This document shows, piece after piece, positions 59,880-64,000 of a DNA stretch of 64,000 nucleotides; within the stretch, counting starts at the first letter, position 1, and each line of letters begins with the position of its first letter. The position numbers were made by a program, and so were the translations under genes. Location of the stretch: NCBI GenBank assembly GCA_008632985.1, contig QPGO01000064.1, positions 248,001-312,000 on the forward strand, in the 5' to 3' direction. The stretch comes from Psammoneis japonica (lineage: Eukaryota). The notes under the pieces are model-generated. The model was not told the origin of the DNA, searched no databases, and was given only the letters and a program-made list of their open reading frames with translations.

Positions 59880-61900
59880 GGCGCCAACACACTGATTGAT
59901 AGATGCGATGTTGTGTGTGCACTGCACTGCTTGTTTGCTCCTGCTGCTTCTCTTGCTGTTGTCTGCAAAAGGCCAAACTCCAAGGAGAATGTGCTCATGC
60001 ACAAGATAATGCACGGGTGACAGGCACGTGCAAGCTGCAGCAGATTGCACCCCACCATCAGTGGCGCACCTGGTGGTCATTGCCCTTCTTTTGTCCTCAT
60101 GGGAACAGGACAAGGAGATGCATGCTTTCAGATGACAGCTGGCTGACACTGGCAAGCAGCTTGTGGCACGAGCTTTCCACTGCAGTGGGAAGCCCACAAC
60201 ACAGATGCATGCACCACATGTCACATGCCTGCGCTGATTTGTGGGGAGCTGTGTTGATGCCGTGTGCCGGCTCTTGAGAGGGCGCCAGTTGCGACAAGTG
60301 AGCTCTCACACCCTGCTGGGGATTGTTGTGCACTCGATGTGACCAACCAAATGCCACAGCTGTTGTTCCAACAACAATCTTTGTGCAACTCACCTGGCCT
60401 GTTTTTGTTGCCAAAAGTTGGCACACAAGGCCATGTGCACCAGCTCGGCTCAAACTCACAATTTTTCAACCCCTGCACTGCCGTTGGTGGGTGCTCTGCA
60501 AGGCCCATTACAAGTTTGTGTCCAGTCTGCAAGGTGCTTGTGCATGACACATGCAGAGCCACAGCATTCCCTGAATCTGAGTTGTTGCATCACAAAGCAT
60601 GAACAGTCAACCAACAGCGGCTGGCTGGGTGTTGCCAGCTGCAAGAAGTGAGCCCACATTTCCTGATGGGAAGGGCTGTGCTGTGTGCTCAAGTGCACCC
60701 TCCCTCCCTGTGTGCAGCACCTGCTGTTGAAAAATTTTGTGCGCAAAGCTGTGCAATTTGTTTGCAGCAGATGTGGGAAAAAGTGTGCTTGCTTGCAAGT
60801 GTGTGCCAACAGAACACCTGCACACTTCATGTGACCAGCCAAATGTGCTGCAGTTGTTTTGCCTCAATGGCAATCTTTGTGCAGCCTGCCTGGCCTTTTT
60901 GTTCATGTCAAAATTTGGCACACAAGGTCCTGAGGATTGTTGCACACTTGGTGTGACCAGCCAAATGACACAGCTGTTGCCTCAGCAACAGTCTTTGTGC
61001 AACCCACCTGACCTTTTTGTTCGTCATCAAATTTGGCACACAAGGCCATGTGCAGCAATGTTCAAACTCACAGTTTCAACCCTTGCATCAGCACTGGTGC
61101 TGCAAAGTCTAAGACAAGTCATCCAGTCCACCAAATGCTTGCAAAGGATTCAAACAAATCATCATCATCATTTGATGTGTTCACCCCACATGAGAACTTT
61201 TGAACAAATCACAAGGCTTTCCATGTGTTTTTGTGTGTTACACACACTTGGCTCCAAATCTAAAACAAGAACAATCCTTTCAAGCCTCACATTGTAAACC
61301 GAGCACACCCCAAATGGCACCATGCTGTCACCATGAACTCTCACATTTGTCATGAGCTGACATGTGTTTGTGTCTAACCTGCAAAGGCAAAAATGCAGCA
61401 GCAGGCAGGTGATCAAGACTTTCATTGATGTGAGTGTGCTGAAGATTTTCAGGACCAATGGCAAATGCAGACAGGGCAGCTTGGAACAATTTCTCCTTCC
61501 TCCAGCGCATTTGTGCACCCAGTGCATTGGATTGCATGGTGTGGAGGCACTGCAAAACTTCATGGAATGACAAAAATCCACTTCTGATTCAGTTTTGCTT
61601 GACTGGTTTGATGCCTTGTTTGTGACCAAGCTTCTTTGCAACCCATGCAGCAGATGCAGAAAGCTCTTGCTTGACACTTTACATTGTGGGGGTTTGTCAA
61701 TGACACCTGTGTTGTCAAAGCACCCACCTTCAAAGGCATGAGTGAACATGGCAACAGCATTGTAAACATGGTTGCCAAACAACTCAACAAAAACATGCAA
61801 CACACACAGCTTTGTGCCACGAAGAAAAAAGAAGCTGCGAAGCTGCAGGCGGAACCTTTGCTGGTTGAGCAGCCAAAAAAGGCAACAAAATCTAACTTTT
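59880..61900. other. TpA- and CpG-depleted domain D (unidentified repeat relic)
   Basis: TA and CG both rare, TG/CA dominant, between the AFG1 promoter and the stop of the next gene. Confidence 0.9.
60320..61100 (+). repeat. Three ~125-bp degenerate direct repeats
   Basis: TGTGACCA.CCAAATG...TCTTTGTGCA..C.CCTG.CCT...TTGGCACACAAGG at ~60338, ~60830 and ~60953. Confidence 0.85.
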
Positions 61901-61932
61901 CTAATGTTTGTCTAAACTCTAAAATATCGACG

Positions 61933-63666
61933 TCACCGAGTGCAGCTTGTGGAGCTGCGTTTCAAAAAGAACCAATCAATGTTGAGGTCACCTGTGGATT
62001 CCATGATCAACCTCAAATAGTATTTGCCTTGTTGTAGTTTAACTTCGCCCAGATGGACTAGCTGATATTGGTCGAGGCCACCCGTAAACGGTAACATAAC
62101 AGTTGGCAAGCTGCCAAGGTCCAATCGAAGTTTCTTTCCCTCCTTCCGGGTAGCCAAACGAGCCGTGAAACGATACGTCCCGCATCCAAGTTGAACATTC
62201 TTGTATTCCAACCACTCCCCCTTCACCGTCCAGCCAACATACCAACCACTGTTGTCCCTAAGCTTGCCCACATCCAATTCACGATCAGCGTAATGACCCC
62301 CGAGGTTGGCGGGGGTGGTATCGTTAAAGGCATCAGCACCCTCCGCCTGGAACTTCAACGTTTCGGGAAATGGGTCGGCATGTTCCCGTACAATGTTGAT
62401 GTACTGGGTTGGGTATTCCCAGTCCAAGCTACGGTAGAACCCAGCACTCTCGGCCATGTTTGTCCATCCCTCTAACATAATAAAACTTGCGTCCTTACCT
62501 GCTTCTAGCGCCTTGGATAAGGTTGTCCCATTCCGCCTGGTCACTTCACGACACGCGGTTCCACAACCAGGGTCGTACTCTCCACCATTGCGAAAAGAGG
62601 GTGTGACACAACCCCACCTGGCGTTGTTATAGTCGATATACGTGTAAATACTCGATGCATCATCATGGACGGGCCTGAACCAATCATGCGTTCCTACGGC
62701 AAGGCTCGAATTAATGGTGGAGTCTTGTTCAAACCAATCATCTTGAAGGATCAAGGCGGGTTCCCTGCCATACCGCTTCAGGAACTCGGCAATTATGTAC
62801 GCAAGCATTTCGGATGCATTACCCTGTTGGTTGGAGAAGAACCTATCACGCAAGTTCCAAAATGCTATAACAGGCTTTCCGTCAATAAGAAACCACATGT
62901 CCTCGGGTAGCGTGTCGAACCAAATCATGATATTGAGATCCCAAAAATACCTCCAATTGTTGCGATTGGAGAGATCAAAGGGTGTTCCGCGCGGAAGGTC
63001 CTCTAGATGCTGCCTTGCCTTGTTGTAAACGCCCGTGTCATCCCACATACCAACCTTGAGAGCATGGCGGGCTTCAGCACGGTCCACTGCAGAGACAAAC
63101 TTTTCTAAATGACGAGGACACAAGTCGCCTTGGCCCTCCAGACCTGATGTAGCATTGTAGCATCCTCTGCCATGAAACAGAATTACATCGACTCTCGATA
63201 AGAGCAACTCGTCCACCAAATAATTCCAATATTCATCATCGTCGCGGTTGAGCGTTTTGTAAAGCGGCAGCTCATACCGACTATCCGGCCAGTCGCTTGC
63301 GTCCCTCCACGTATACGCTGTGATGGGTGCAATAATCGGTCCGTTGCTTTCGGGCCTCACCAAGATTGTGTCAGAAGCACGGACTTGCTCGTTGTCGCCA
63401 AAGCATGGGTTGCGTTCAATGTTCCCGCAGCCACAATTTCCAGGTTCGAATTTCTCAGGGTCGTCGGGACACAGGTCAACGCATGGGTCTTGCTCAGGAT
63501 TACCGCAGCCACACTCCCCGGGAAACGTCTTGTTGGGATCCTCAGGACACAAATCAATAACAGGTGCTACCGCAAGCGAATAAGAGTAATGAGAGGACGA
63601 TGCGGTGGGAACAACTGCGATTGCAAGAACGAGCAGCGGCAGTAAGCTCGGAGTTCTTGATCGCAT
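61933..63666 (-). CDS. Secreted DUF5010 glycoside-hydrolase-like protein with two CP.DP.K..PG.CGCG repeats and C-terminal CBM6
   Basis: Signal peptide. YWNYLVDELLLSRVDV, WFDTLP, LEGWTNMAESAGFYRS, and CBM6 motifs QAEGAD, VGWT..GEWLEY, TGG..QY, NIDWF. Confidence 0.8.
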   Translation of the reverse strand: MRSRTPSLLPLLVLAIAVVPTASSSHYSYSLAVAPVIDLCPEDPNKTFPGECGCGNPEQDPCVDLCPDDPEKFEPGNCGCGNIERNPCFGDNEQVRASDTILVRPESNGPIIAPITAYTWRDASDWPDSRYELPLYKTLNRDDDEYWNYLVDELLLSRVDVILFHGRGCYNATSGLEGQGDLCPRHLEKFVSAVDRAEARHALKVGMWDDTGVYNKARQHLEDLPRGTPFDLSNRNNWRYFWDLNIMIWFDTLPEDMWFLIDGKPVIAFWNLRDRFFSNQQGNASEMLAYIIAEFLKRYGREPALILQDDWFEQDSTINSSLAVGTHDWFRPVHDDASSIYTYIDYNNARWGCVTPSFRNGGEYDPGCGTACREVTRRNGTTLSKALEAGKDASFIMLEGWTNMAESAGFYRSLDWEYPTQYINIVREHADPFPETLKFQAEGADAFNDTTPANLGGHYADRELDVGKLRDNSGWYVGWTVKGEWLEYKNVQLGCGTYRFTARLATRKEGKKLRLDLGSLPTVMLPFTGGLDQYQLVHLGEVKLQQGKYYLRLIMESTGDLNIDWFFLKRSSTSCTR

Positions 63667-64000
63667 CTTCTATCTTCTCATGGCAGTGCGGCAGTGCTGA
63701 ATCCCTATCTCGAGTCTCGGCTGTTTGCGATACTACAAATTGCAAGACAATTGCGCGATTCACGTGCCCGAAGGTGGAATATCGTTGCCCGAAGCAACAT
63801 TCTCCCTTCGCGCAGATGTCAATTCTACGTATGATGTGGTATCAAAATTTTCATTTTGGTCCCAGTCATTTCATCAAATGACCTTGTGGTACTCTCCTAC
63901 GTGATCTACGAAAATCGGAGCTTCGGGCTGGCTGGTACATTTTCTACAGGCTCTACGTGCGCGAAGCTCGAATTTCAACAATCACCCTTCGGGCACGTGA

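Noticed and set aside
24170..61900. TA loss as a base-calling artefact or foreign contaminant
   Set aside because: TA-rich MITEs are embedded within the domains, survivors have a specific context, and a local tandem duplicate crosses the boundary. Read-level confirmation is still advisable.

Overview
Eukaryotic, gene-dense window with short GT-AG introns and ~45-48% GC. The gene content and protein architectures suggest a diatom or other stramenopile (inference). It holds about 24 host genes, including RPL19, TYW3-kelch, LTO1-like, a P450, syntaxin, an SDR, a mitochondrial carrier, an MscS-like channel, BUD32, AFG1, HIRAN-2OG oxygenase, a PhnD-like/FMO fusion, an ADP-ribosyltransferase and DUF5010-CBM6. 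Many carry small frameshifts that look like assembly errors. The main discovery is four domains (~24.2-30.3, ~40.95-41.56, ~43.5-51.95 and ~59.9-61.9 kb) of transposon relics and an FG-GAP gene in which TpA has been almost erased and replaced by TpG/CpA. This is A:T->G:C hypermutation at TA on both strands, the opposite of fungal RIP. Internal controls support it. All 7 conserved Tyr of the FG-GAP repeats have become Cys or His. A tandem duplication straddling a domain edge shows TA->TG/CA change in the inner copy. Surviving TAs are mostly YTAR, implying a TAY target. Two young copies of a 390-bp MITE inside the domains keep most TAs but have begun to accumulate the same changes. All counts are approximate by-eye counts, and protein family calls come from recognised motifs, not database searches.
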